Source: a virus
IMG/VR virus record: IMGVR_UViG_3300030061_003724
Location: 1 to 64,000 of that record
Strand: one strand, 5' to 3'
Length of the DNA: 64,000 nucleotides
Shown here: piece by piece, positions 48,446 to 58,228 of the stretch
Layout: every line of letters begins with the position of its first letter
How positions within the stretch are numbered: the first letter of the stretch is position 1
Made by a program: the position numbers and the translations under genes
Notes under the pieces: model-generated
The model's input: only the letters and a program-made list of their open reading frames with translations
Databases searched by the model: none
What the model was told of the DNA's origin: nothing

Positions 48446-49282
48446 TTAGAAGGGTAAATCATCAGTTTTTTTATCATCACCATCAAATAATGAATCAAAC
48501 TCATCTGTCTTATTTTGTTTAGCTTTAGTTGTATCTAAAGAAAAACTACTAGCTGGTTTGTCATCAAAATCACTTGCAGGCTCAGAAATAATGTCACCTT
48601 CTTGTTCGCTATCTTCTGGTTCTAACCATTTTTCTAACGCTGATTTCATTTCATCAAATGTGAATTGTTTGAACTCCTTTGTAGGGTCTGGTTGGTCTTT
48701 TAACCATTTTTCTACTAGAGCAGCATCATCACTAAGTGGTGTTTGTTTTAGTCTAACTCTAACTGACGATTTATTATACTGAGTACCTGTAGCTTCTGGT
48801 CCTACTGTTTCGATAGTAAGATCTCTACCGTTTACTACATCAGTATAATCTCCAATTTCCTCATCTACTGCTAATGAAAGTAATTCTTCATAAATTAACT
48901 TTCCAAATTGCCATAGTCTAACACCTTTATCCTCCTCTCCTCGAACGATAACTGGAGCAAATACTCTAGTTTTAGCATCTAACTTTTTGGCAAGTAGATA
49001 ATTTTCTTTGCTATATTCTTCTCTAAGTTTTTTAGCAAATAAAGCAATCGGGTCCTTCTCTCCCCATGTTTCAGGTGAAAGCATAACCTTATTAGTAATA
49101 CCATAATAGAATTTTAATTCCGTGAATGGGTTATTAGAATTAATAGCACTAGGCACAATTCTAATTTGTTGTTTACCTACTGTAGGTCTCCAAAATGTAA
49201 GACTATAATCTCTCTTTTGTCCACCAGCAGGTGTTTTTTGTTGGAGCGTGTCCAACTTCTGTTTAAGCATTGATAAATCCAT
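48446..49282 (-). CDS. single-stranded DNA-binding protein (gp32-like)
   Basis: FWRP..G...IRIVP, DP, W.FGK, acidic tail ending DDLPF; next to the recombinase. Confidence 0.8.
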   Translation of the reverse strand: MDLSMLKQKLDTLQQKTPAGGQKRDYSLTFWRPTVGKQQIRIVPSAINSNNPFTELKFYYGITNKVMLSPETWGEKDPIALFAKKLREEYSKENYLLAKKLDAKTRVFAPVIVRGEEDKGVRLWQFGKLIYEELLSLAVDEEIGDYTDVVNGRDLTIETVGPEATGTQYNKSSVRVRLKQTPLSDDAALVEKWLKDQPDPTKEFKQFTFDEMKSALEKWLEPEDSEQEGDIISEPASDFDDKPASSFSLDTTKAKQNKTDEFDSLFDGDDKKTDDLPF

Positions 49283-49312
49283 AATTTTTATAACTTTTTA
49301 AAATGTAACTAC

Positions 49313-49342
49313 AATATACGAAGCAGAATTTGGGGGGCCAAA
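49313..49342 (-). promoter_or_regulatory. early/middle promoter TTTG-N18-CGTATATT
   Basis: Recurring motif upstream of the SSB gene. Confidence 0.75.
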
Positions 49343-49810
49343 CTATACTTCAATTATTTTATAAATTTTTGTATTCAATTGATTCAACTCATTATGTTGT
49401 GTTAAAAGAATACAGTTTTTGTATTGCTGCCAATTTACTTGATATTTGGTATCAACAACACCACCATTAAGTTTTTTAATTAACTCATTTAAAGCATTAA
49501 TAGTGTATAAGGTATTAGATTCCTTCTTTCTATGGACTAGAATAGTATTTTCTGGGATTGTATGAACGTTACCTTGGTCAACGTTATAAGTGATAACATA
49601 TTCATCTTTATCAACTATTTCTAAAACAAAAAGTTTGTTATAAATAATCGTATACTTTGACGTAATTTCGTCTAGTAAAGAATCTAAATTATCAATATCC
49701 GTAAATGTACAAAATAACTTGTTATTCAAATCACCAATATTATTTAATGATGTTATTACATCATAGTTCACATTATACGTATTCGGAGGTCTATCTAAAG
49801 TCGTAATCAT
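49343..49810 (-). CDS. conserved-looking hypothetical protein
   Basis: LFCTF, HRKKESNTLYTINALN. Confidence 0.75.
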   Translation of the reverse strand: MITTLDRPPNTYNVNYDVITSLNNIGDLNNKLFCTFTDIDNLDSLLDEITSKYTIIYNKLFVLEIVDKDEYVITYNVDQGNVHTIPENTILVHRKKESNTLYTINALNELIKKLNGGVVDTKYQVNWQQYKNCILLTQHNELNQLNTKIYKIIEV

Positions 49811-51059
49811 TTCCTTGTTTAGTTTTTATATTTAACTTATATTTTTTGAATATTTCTTTTATGTCATTTAAAACTTGTGTCTCCTCCTCATCTAAATCAA
49901 ACAAAAACGAATCATAAGTATATAATACCAATTTTGTTTTTTTACCTCTTAACACTCGTAATATATCCCATAGTATACGAACGTTCATTGACGTTTCCAA
50001 GTTTTGTAACAAATAATTAAAAAGCTTTTGCGGATTCATATTATCCAATTTTTCCTTTTCATACTCATATCCCGAAACCGGACATTTTATTTTACCCTCG
50101 CTTTGAAATTTATTCCAGAGATCTTTTACGTATATATCTATTTTCTTAAAGAACTCAATATGTTTATAATTGTCGAATACTCCTCCGTATAGTTGCTTAA
50201 ATGTCAACTCTTTTGATTTCGCATAATCTACTCCATAGAGTTGTTGTAAATGAGAGTGAATATCCACAGAGGGAAAATTATAATCGACGAGACGACAAGA
50301 CAAGCTAGGATGATAAGCGCTAATGTCAATTTCGTACAAGCAATTATTATTTGGTATAAAAGATTTTCTACATCCATTTTCTTTATTAAGTGCTGCATAG
50401 TTTACTCCTTTAAATTTATTACTTGGTCTAGTTGTGGTTGTTTTTAAGTTGAACTGAGTGTAGACTCTTCCACTATCAACGGGATGGAAATATCCTTCGA
50501 ATGTAGGTATGTGTACTCGTATTCCACTTCGCTCGATAGCGTTGAATACCACGGATACTCTATGGTTAAAGAATTCATCATAATCTGTTTTTGTTTTAGT
50601 TATATTATCTTTTAAATCATTGAAAATTTGCTCGCACATTTCATAGTGTTTAACAACTGGAATGAATGTATTTATATCTTTATCATCCTTATGTTGATAA
50701 TACATTACCTCATGTGCTTTGGTTAATGGTCGTATATACGTAGTAGGAGGCACATTTATGTCGTAAAGAGCTTTGCTTGGATAATAATGTAACATCTCTT
50801 TTTTATCGCGACAAAATAAAATATCAAAATTATCTATTAATTGGTCTATACGCGTTTTTAACACACTCAAAGTTTCACTATGTGAAACACATAACATATA
50901 GCCTTTACTTGCATTTATTGGTCTAATATACACCAAACTCACAAGATTTTCTACGGGATGAACATTGTAACTATAAGGAATTACCTCAATGAAAGCTTGT
51001 TTATAACCGCTATTTAATAAAATATCTAATTGATCGTCTTCTTCTACTAACCAATACAT
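49791..51059 (-). CDS. compact family A DNA polymerase-like protein
   Basis: TTTTRPSN, motif A DISAYHP, motif B K..TFKQLYG, NYLLQ, motif C YTYDS. Confidence 0.8.
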   Translation of the reverse strand: MYWLVEEDDQLDILLNSGYKQAFIEVIPYSYNVHPVENLVSLVYIRPINASKGYMLCVSHSETLSVLKTRIDQLIDNFDILFCRDKKEMLHYYPSKALYDINVPPTTYIRPLTKAHEVMYYQHKDDKDINTFIPVVKHYEMCEQIFNDLKDNITKTKTDYDEFFNHRVSVVFNAIERSGIRVHIPTFEGYFHPVDSGRVYTQFNLKTTTTRPSNKFKGVNYAALNKENGCRKSFIPNNNCLYEIDISAYHPSLSCRLVDYNFPSVDIHSHLQQLYGVDYAKSKELTFKQLYGGVFDNYKHIEFFKKIDIYVKDLWNKFQSEGKIKCPVSGYEYEKEKLDNMNPQKLFNYLLQNLETSMNVRILWDILRVLRGKKTKLVLYTYDSFLFDLDEEETQVLNDIKEIFKKYKLNIKTKQGNDYDFR

Positions 51060-51080
51060 TTATAACCTTTTTTATAATTA

Positions 51081-51110
51081 AATATACGACCAGAATTAGT
51101 AACCTCCACT
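51081..51110 (-). promoter_or_regulatory. early/middle promoter AGTG-N18-CGTATATT
   Basis: Recurring motif at the boundary between the structural and replication blocks. Confidence 0.7.
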
Positions 51111-51944
51111 CCTTCTTGAAGGAATATTTGCTCTTATTGAAGAGCCTACGTCTTCATCTTCTAGTAAGTCTAAATAATCATGAGGACTATTTATATGATT
51201 TTTCCCAATCATTGGTCCTTTTGATGGATGAACATGATAAAATCCTCTATAGGGTTTTCTTGTTCTTCTATTTACAAATTCACTTCCATCAGTGAATAAT
51301 CCTTCACCTTCATTAAAATTATAATATTTTGCAAATTTTTCTCTAAATGAAGCATAAAACCCATAAAGACTATATTCTTGCTCAATTAATCTAACTGTGT
51401 TTCTATTTACTTTAAATACGTCAACAAAGGCTCCAGTTAATTCCCAATTAATTCTAATTGGTGAATAAAGTTCCCATTGTACACTACTATCTTGTTCTGT
51501 AAATAAATTAAAAGTGTCTTTACTTACTTCTATATATTTTGATTCGTTATTTTTCTTTAAAAAGAATCTTTGAAATTCACCAACTTCATATTGTTTTTCT
51601 GTAGGGAAAGTTACGCTTGGAATTGGTGGTAATGAAGCTTTATATCTAAATGGTTGTTTTAAAGCATTTTGATATTGATAATAATACTCGTTATAAGATG
51701 TTGGGTATATTTCTTGTGATCCCGATAATGGGACTGAATTAGGAGTATTTGCTTCTGTATCAGTTACACCTGGTTGGTATTGTTCTAATTTAGTTGAATT
51801 AGGGTCACTTGGGGTTTTACCAGTATAAACTTCACCTGTTGATGTTTTATAATAAGGACCAACATAGTCTGATCCATTCAGTGTAAATTCGTTTCCACTA
51901 GAATATTGATTAGTTACTACTTGTGATTTTGGTAAATAGTTCAT
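51096..51944 (-). CDS. hypothetical protein, probably virion-associated
   Basis: Last gene of the tail operon; repeated G.EF...Y.G.Y elements. Confidence 0.65.
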   Translation of the reverse strand: MNYLPKSQVVTNQYSSGNEFTLNGSDYVGPYYKTSTGEVYTGKTPSDPNSTKLEQYQPGVTDTEANTPNSVPLSGSQEIYPTSYNEYYYQYQNALKQPFRYKASLPPIPSVTFPTEKQYEVGEFQRFFLKKNNESKYIEVSKDTFNLFTEQDSSVQWELYSPIRINWELTGAFVDVFKVNRNTVRLIEQEYSLYGFYASFREKFAKYYNFNEGEGLFTDGSEFVNRRTRKPYRGFYHVHPSKGPMIGKNHINSPHDYLDLLEDEDVGSSIRANIPSRRSGGY

Positions 51945-51945
51945 T

Positions 51946-54900
51946 TTATGCTATATCTTCTATTTTCTTTAATTCTTTATTCCATTGTTGTGTTTGATCT
52001 TTAATCCAAATATCAAAATGTCCACCTGTTGTTGTTGCAACTCGCTGCGCTACATCGTATTCATTACGGACTTCTATACTATATTTGTTTCTAAATTTTT
52101 TAACACTATTATCAAATGGGTAAATATTATTATAAAATTCATTTTCAGCCCACTCTATAATATCGAAATAATTTGCTATTGGTTCATAAAAATTATCACT
52201 TAAACTTTTTAAACAAAATTCTATCCATTTTATATCGTTAGCGGTTGTTGGTTTATCTATTCTTGTAACAGTAAAATCTAATTTCCATCCTTTAGTATGT
52301 TTTGAATTTGGGGAAATTCCTTGATGATAGGAATCATTACCTGCTGTTACTCTAAATCTATAATTATCTCCACCAGCACGACCTTCAGTCATGTCTTCTA
52401 ATTCTGCAAATAATGCTGTTCCTACATCTGCAGTTAATCTTGTTATATCTCCTCCATTACCTAATTCTCCTACATCCCTAACATAAATTGCATCATCTAT
52501 ATTATATGTATCTGCTCCTTTAAATTGAAGAATATCTTCATTGCTAAAAAAATCAAGTGCTCCTGCCGAAAGAGAATCTCTTACAAAACGTGTTGCATTT
52601 GGTGTTTTTCCATCCCATACCGCATTAGTTATTCTTTCATCTACTTTAAATCCATCCTCAACCATTTGAAGATTTAATATACCATCATAACTACCAGTAG
52701 GTTCAATTGCGGGTACTGAAACTGTCCCCATTTCTGTACTCCAGCTGTTATCACTTATAGTATGTCCTAATGATGATATTAAAAAAGATAATGCTTTTGG
52801 ATATGCAGGAGGTAAATATTGTTGATCTATATTAATTCCATTGTAAATTTTAATACCAGAAATACCATCACATGTAATTTGTAAATCAAGAGGAATAAAA
52901 CCAATAGTATTTGATGGTTGACCAGTATGGATAAATACTTGTTGGTGGAAATCATTAACAAAACCAGACCAAAGACTTTTACCATTACTAATTTGGGTAT
53001 CTACCATATTTACATAATATGATTTTTCTGGTGGGAGACTTAATTCAACACCTCTTTGTATGTATGTTCCTCCAAAAGCTTGAACTAAATAAAATAAATA
53101 ATTACCCTCTGCTTCTTCATAAGCTTCATCTGTTGTTAGGTAGTTATCTGATAGTCTTATTCTTTCTGTTAATATATGATCATTAGCTGCTTCTAAATAT
53201 TCATCCCAACTTACTTTATTTACATCTTTATTTATTACAGGACTATTTAGTATATTTCTTCTACCATTAAATGTAGCTCCTGCTGCTGAGTATGAATATT
53301 CTGTTGGTTTTGTAAATTTAAGAGTATTATTATCGGTTGGATCTGCAAACAGTTCACTTGCTTCCTCAACTATTGATGCATTATTAAAAGCATTATATAA
53401 GGTTTCTACTTGTTCTTTAGTCAGAAGTTTGTATGCTTTTATTTTTAGTAAATCACTTGCATCTCCATATGTAAATGAAGGATCCATATATTCTAAAGAA
53501 TATCTATCTTTTAACCCATTATTCCAACTAGAGAAAGCAGTAGCATCATAATTTTTAATGTTACTATTACCTGCAGCTGCTCCAATAGTAATCATAGAAG
53601 CTAAATCCGGTGTAATTTGAGTTTCAAATGAAAAGTCTGTTACAAAATTACCTTTTGTTTTACCATCATTTCTATTAAAACCATACAAGTTAAAATCTAC
53701 TGGGTCTTCAGGTTGGATTACTAAATCTTTAAATTTAGGAATCCTATTAATCCCAGGTATTACATTTTGTTCTGTAATAGTTATATAGACATCATCTTTT
53801 AATGTTACTGTTATATTATTTTGTCCACCTAAAGCTACATTTACTCCATCAAATACCCCTTGTAAAAATTTAAATACATTTAGATTACCTTTTTTATCCG
53901 AGCTTTTCTTTAATTCTTTAGATATATGCTCATAATTTAAATAGATATTTAAAATATTACCCCACATTACTGTACCACCATCTAATTCTTCTTTATTAAT
54001 AAAAGGTTTTAATCTATTAGTTAGAAAAAGAGGTTTAACAATATATTGACTTTTTTCTCGTTTTTCTTCTGGTGTTGAAATGAATATATCATAATTAAAA
54101 TCAGGATTAACTAAACATACTCTAGGATCCATAGACATTTGTAATGGATAAGCAGCACATATCATCATGTCATCATTAATGTCTACTTTTAAAATTTTAT
54201 CAGGTTTTGCCCCACGCATTTTTAGATTAGGAATAATAATACCTTCTACATAAGTTAAAAACTGTTTAATAGTCATATAATACTGATACTTCGAATTATT
54301 TGAATACACAAATGATTTTTCACTTCTATCATAATATTTTTGAACCTCTCCATAATTAATAGCTAGATTGTAATAATCACTTGGTTTTTCATTTTCCCAT
54401 AATGATTTATTTAAAAAATCAGTGTATAATCTTTGAGCAAATTGGTTAGAACCCGCTTCAGATATCATAGTAGAACCTCCATCAGAAGTAATATCTTCTA
54501 AATTTATGTTAAATGATTTCGCATCTTGTCTTTTTTCTGCATCATAGAAAGCGTTATCTTCAATAATGTTATTTTCTCCATATGCTGCTTTAATATCTTT
54601 TTTGATTGCAGTTGAAGTAAGAACAGATGCTACTGTTTTTGTTTTTAATGATTCAATTACATCTCCAACAGATATTAATTGTAAAGTAATATTATAAGTT
54701 CCATTAGGAGCAAAGTCCCAAGAAAAGTTAGATACTTTTCCAAAAAAGCCATCATAATTTCCTTGATATTTTTTTCTCATACTATTGATGTCTTGCATCA
54801 TTGAAAGTTGAGTTTTTGGAGAATCACTAAACCAATCTGTTTCTATTATAGTAGGACCCATTTGTTGATAAGATCCATCATTAGCTTTATACTTATCCCA

Positions 54901-55527
54901 CCCCCATTCTAACATCATAGTAAAACCTAATCTTAAATAAAGCAATTCTATTAATTCAAACTGAAATTTATTATTTGCAATTATTTCAATCTCAGCACCT
55001 CTAAGTGAACCTCTATTTTTAGTATCAATTTTTGCAGATATTAAACCTGGAGCTGGTACCATACCAAACTCATTTCCTCCTAACCCATAAGAGGAATTAT
55101 TCCATATTGATTTACCTGGGTTTATTCCTGATCTTTGTCTAAAAGAATCACCTCTTAGTGATGATAATGTATTAAACAAAACTGCATCACTTGCTAGTTG
55201 TACTCCTGTAAATCCTCCTGTGTTAGTTAATCCTATATCTATTAATCTTTGTTCCCCAGCAGAATCAAAAATTGCATTTTGACCTTGTATACTTCGTCTA
55301 TTAGCAGTAAGAGCTTTTTTCTTATTAGCATCATCATCTTTGGTAACTCTATTTCCACCAATTGTAACACTAGAAGCTAACTTTAACCAAGCATTTCTAT
55401 TATTAATTAATTGTTGATCTTGAGGTTTTAAAGTAGCAGAATTAAACCCCTTACCTAATAAGTCTTGTCTTACTTGGATTTGACCTTTAACGTACTTTTG
55501 AAATTTTTCCCCTACTATGTTTGACAT
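51946..55527 (-). CDS. large baseplate hub/tail protein with a C-terminal M15-like peptidase region
   Basis: PAPGL, LYLRLG.TM.LEWGW; C-terminal SKHTKG..LD and GHFDI. Confidence 0.65.
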   Translation of the reverse strand: MSNIVGEKFQKYVKGQIQVRQDLLGKGFNSATLKPQDQQLINNRNAWLKLASSVTIGGNRVTKDDDANKKKALTANRRSIQGQNAIFDSAGEQRLIDIGLTNTGGFTGVQLASDAVLFNTLSSLRGDSFRQRSGINPGKSIWNNSSYGLGGNEFGMVPAPGLISAKIDTKNRGSLRGAEIEIIANNKFQFELIELLYLRLGFTMMLEWGWDKYKANDGSYQQMGPTIIETDWFSDSPKTQLSMMQDINSMRKKYQGNYDGFFGKVSNFSWDFAPNGTYNITLQLISVGDVIESLKTKTVASVLTSTAIKKDIKAAYGENNIIEDNAFYDAEKRQDAKSFNINLEDITSDGGSTMISEAGSNQFAQRLYTDFLNKSLWENEKPSDYYNLAINYGEVQKYYDRSEKSFVYSNNSKYQYYMTIKQFLTYVEGIIIPNLKMRGAKPDKILKVDINDDMMICAAYPLQMSMDPRVCLVNPDFNYDIFISTPEEKREKSQYIVKPLFLTNRLKPFINKEELDGGTVMWGNILNIYLNYEHISKELKKSSDKKGNLNVFKFLQGVFDGVNVALGGQNNITVTLKDDVYITITEQNVIPGINRIPKFKDLVIQPEDPVDFNLYGFNRNDGKTKGNFVTDFSFETQITPDLASMITIGAAAGNSNIKNYDATAFSSWNNGLKDRYSLEYMDPSFTYGDASDLLKIKAYKLLTKEQVETLYNAFNNASIVEEASELFADPTDNNTLKFTKPTEYSYSAAGATFNGRRNILNSPVINKDVNKVSWDEYLEAANDHILTERIRLSDNYLTTDEAYEEAEGNYLFYLVQAFGGTYIQRGVELSLPPEKSYYVNMVDTQISNGKSLWSGFVNDFHQQVFIHTGQPSNTIGFIPLDLQITCDGISGIKIYNGINIDQQYLPPAYPKALSFLISSLGHTISDNSWSTEMGTVSVPAIEPTGSYDGILNLQMVEDGFKVDERITNAVWDGKTPNATRFVRDSLSAGALDFFSNEDILQFKGADTYNIDDAIYVRDVGELGNGGDITRLTADVGTALFAELEDMTEGRAGGDNYRFRVTAGNDSYHQGISPNSKHTKGWKLDFTVTRIDKPTTANDIKWIEFCLKSLSDNFYEPIANYFDIIEWAENEFYNNIYPFDNSVKKFRNKYSIEVRNEYDVAQRVATTTGGHFDIWIKDQTQQWNKELKKIEDIA

Positions 55528-55529
55528 AA

Positions 55530-55847
55530 CTATCCATTGTTTAATTTTTCAAATGCTACCTGAATTGCTCCTATATTTTGAGGAATTCTAATTTGTACTC
55601 CTAAAGGTGGAAAATAAGAATTTTGTGATAATGATTCATTTGCAATAGAAATAACCCACCATAAAGATGAATCACCATAATATTGTAAAGCTAATTGATC
55701 ATATCTATCTTCTTCTTCAGCGTAAACGTAAATATCATCATTAGTTAATGGTACCTCAGGATACTTTGTTCCTTGATAATGTCTAGGGCCTGATGTTGCG
55801 TTAGGCTTTCTGTCTCTTATTATATTAATTGATGAATATCTTCCCAT
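55530..55847 (-). CDS. baseplate wedge protein (LysM/gp53-like)
   Basis: DRYDQLA..YYGD..LWW.I..AN, G.QIRIP. Confidence 0.8.
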   Translation of the reverse strand: MGRYSSINIIRDRKPNATSGPRHYQGTKYPEVPLTNDDIYVYAEEEDRYDQLALQYYGDSSLWWVISIANESLSQNSYFPPLGVQIRIPQNIGAIQVAFEKLNNG

Positions 55848-57970
55848 TATTTTTGAATGTAATTTATATTATCACCTTGACCATCATAATTGTTACCAGT
55901 TGCTGCTGCTAAACTTATATAATGTTGTTTACCAAATCTAGTTAATTTACCTTTGCTATTAAATACATTATCCTGTACTCTTGGTACAAAGTTATGAATT
56001 GGTATAAAGTCAAATCCTGTTACATTAACAATCATAGGTAATTCTTTTACACTTGGGTCAGTTTTAATAGCTGTATTTGGGCTAGTAGGATTTATAACAG
56101 AAATATTATTTGAGTCTGGTATTGCTATTTCCCATGGGGATTCATCAGGTATTTCTAATGATATACCTTTCATTATACCTACTTGTTCTTGAAACCAACC
56201 ACCTAATGTTAAAGATATTAAATTACCTTGCATATACCCTTGATTTGAATAATCAGGAGCACAAACTGAAGCTAGATAATTTAATTTTTGGTGCATTGGT
56301 ATTAATTCTTGTTTTGATTGAGCTGCTACTGTCCAATTTACGGAAACTGTTCTATCAAATCCACTATATCTATAAAAGTTTTCAGCACGACCCATAAACT
56401 TTTGAGCTTCCCAATCTGATGTGTATGAATCTCTTATACCATTTACTAATGCTCTAAAATGTACATATGTTTTTTGTCCTGATCCATCGTTTGCAAATAC
56501 ACCAATTCTAAATTTTACTAAATCATTTTTATCATTATCTGCTGTTACTTGGCTTGATTTATATAATGGGAAAGCATTAATTTTATCTACTGCATTTTTA
56601 TATGAGCTATTACTTTTAGCGCTACTACCAGCAATTTCTTGATCTAAACCTAATTTACCTATAGTAAAACTTTGTAAATTACCTCTTCTACCAGGATCAC
56701 CTAAATTTACTCTTGATTCAATTCTATTTTCGCTTGGTATTGTATTACCATTATTATCAGTAGATTTTAAATCTAAACCTTTAGGTTGTTGTTTTGATCC
56801 ATTAGGGGCAACTATTTGATAATAAGGTGTTGGTAAAATATTTGTAATAGATGTGGGTTGAGTTTCAGATAATTGTTTCTGATCCATTACTTCAACATCT
56901 AAACCAGCTGTTCCTGATTTAAATGCGATACCTGTTTTATTAGATTTAAATGTAACTATACCATCTTCACTAATTGAAAGTGAATAAACATTGTTATTTA
57001 ATACACTTATTAATTCTTCATTTTCTCTAAATAAATCTTCAACTATATCAGATACTCCAAGTGAAGAACCATAAATTAAAGAAGCACCAAGGCTTCGAGT
57101 ATAATCTTTTCCTGGTCTACTAGGACCACTATCAGTTTGATTTACTAAATTGTAAATGTATTTAGGTTTCTTATAGAAAATTTGTTTACTATCGTCACCT
57201 TCTAAAAGACCAAATGTTGTAGGTGTATATTGTAGTTGATTTTTATTAATATTATTGATACCTGTTCTTTGATCAGATACCATATCAATATTAGTTCTAC
57301 CTACTCCTAAAGTTGCACCTGGTCCTCCACTATAACTGTATAATGTTTGACCTTGTGTTTCAGTTGTTATTACTTTATCAACTAAACCAAGTAATCTACT
57401 TTTATTACCTCCATCTCCATCAGTAGCTATAGTATTTAAATAAGTAGGTAATCCTAAAGGTGAATTTCCATCAGGAGATCCCTGTGTTGTTCTTTTTAAA
57501 GGATTAAGTCCTTGTTTATTTAAGTGAATACCTAAAGCATTTCCTGCTGATTGTCCTAAAGTGCTTAGGGGAGTATAGACACCTTGATTTGTAGCAAAAT
57601 TATTAGAAATAAAGCCAGCTAAACCAGTTAATACATTATTATCTTGTTCAGTATTATATTCTTCATATCCTACAGAAGAATTAACATTTGTTAATGATAA
57701 TACATTTTGTTTAATTGTAAATAATGCTCCTCGTGTTTGACCAAATAATCTTAGTAATCTAGATCCGTCATTAAGAATATTTCTAGGGACAAGATAACCT
57801 CCACGCAGTAAAAAATCCGGCCCGCCTGTTTTTGATGCATCTTCTACATCATCAATTGGGAAGATTTGGGGTGGTCTCTCTTTCCATCCACCGCCTGGAG
57901 TATCACCAGGTACACTGGAATAGTGTTTAGAGACAAATTGGCTATCTCTATATAAATCCCTTAATGGCAT
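55847..57970 (-). CDS. baseplate/tail-tube initiator-like structural protein
   Basis: C-terminal FRA...D.Y..W......GR.E.FY.Y.GF.R tube-fold pattern; follows the tape measure gene. Confidence 0.65.
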   Translation of the reverse strand: MPLRDLYRDSQFVSKHYSSVPGDTPGGGWKERPPQIFPIDDVEDASKTGGPDFLLRGGYLVPRNILNDGSRLLRLFGQTRGALFTIKQNVLSLTNVNSSVGYEEYNTEQDNNVLTGLAGFISNNFATNQGVYTPLSTLGQSAGNALGIHLNKQGLNPLKRTTQGSPDGNSPLGLPTYLNTIATDGDGGNKSRLLGLVDKVITTETQGQTLYSYSGGPGATLGVGRTNIDMVSDQRTGINNINKNQLQYTPTTFGLLEGDDSKQIFYKKPKYIYNLVNQTDSGPSRPGKDYTRSLGASLIYGSSLGVSDIVEDLFRENEELISVLNNNVYSLSISEDGIVTFKSNKTGIAFKSGTAGLDVEVMDQKQLSETQPTSITNILPTPYYQIVAPNGSKQQPKGLDLKSTDNNGNTIPSENRIESRVNLGDPGRRGNLQSFTIGKLGLDQEIAGSSAKSNSSYKNAVDKINAFPLYKSSQVTADNDKNDLVKFRIGVFANDGSGQKTYVHFRALVNGIRDSYTSDWEAQKFMGRAENFYRYSGFDRTVSVNWTVAAQSKQELIPMHQKLNYLASVCAPDYSNQGYMQGNLISLTLGGWFQEQVGIMKGISLEIPDESPWEIAIPDSNNISVINPTSPNTAIKTDPSVKELPMIVNVTGFDFIPIHNFVPRVQDNVFNSKGKLTRFGKQHYISLAAATGNNYDGQGDNINYIQK

Positions 57971-57972
57971 AA

Positions 57973-58200
57973 TTATCTAGGTAAATTATCTAAATACTTT
58001 ACTGGGGGTTGTTGTGGATCCATAGTTGATGGTTGTGGTAACACACCATTTCTAGGTCTTACAGCATCAGCATCTGGATCATTATTTACAGAATAATCTT
58101 TATGCAATGTTGATCGCTTAAAATCAGGAATGTTTGGTGTTTGACCATCTAAACCACTTAATTGAGATCCTTGTTGTGTTAATTTGTTTAATAGACTCAT
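57973..58200 (-). CDS. small virion protein
   Basis: 75 aa ending YLDNLP; late motif at 58216-58224. Confidence 0.65.
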   Translation of the reverse strand: MSLLNKLTQQGSQLSGLDGQTPNIPDFKRSTLHKDYSVNNDPDADAVRPRNGVLPQPSTMDPQQPPVKYLDNLPR

Positions 58201-58228
58201 GATTAATTGTTTTATTATAAATATTAAA

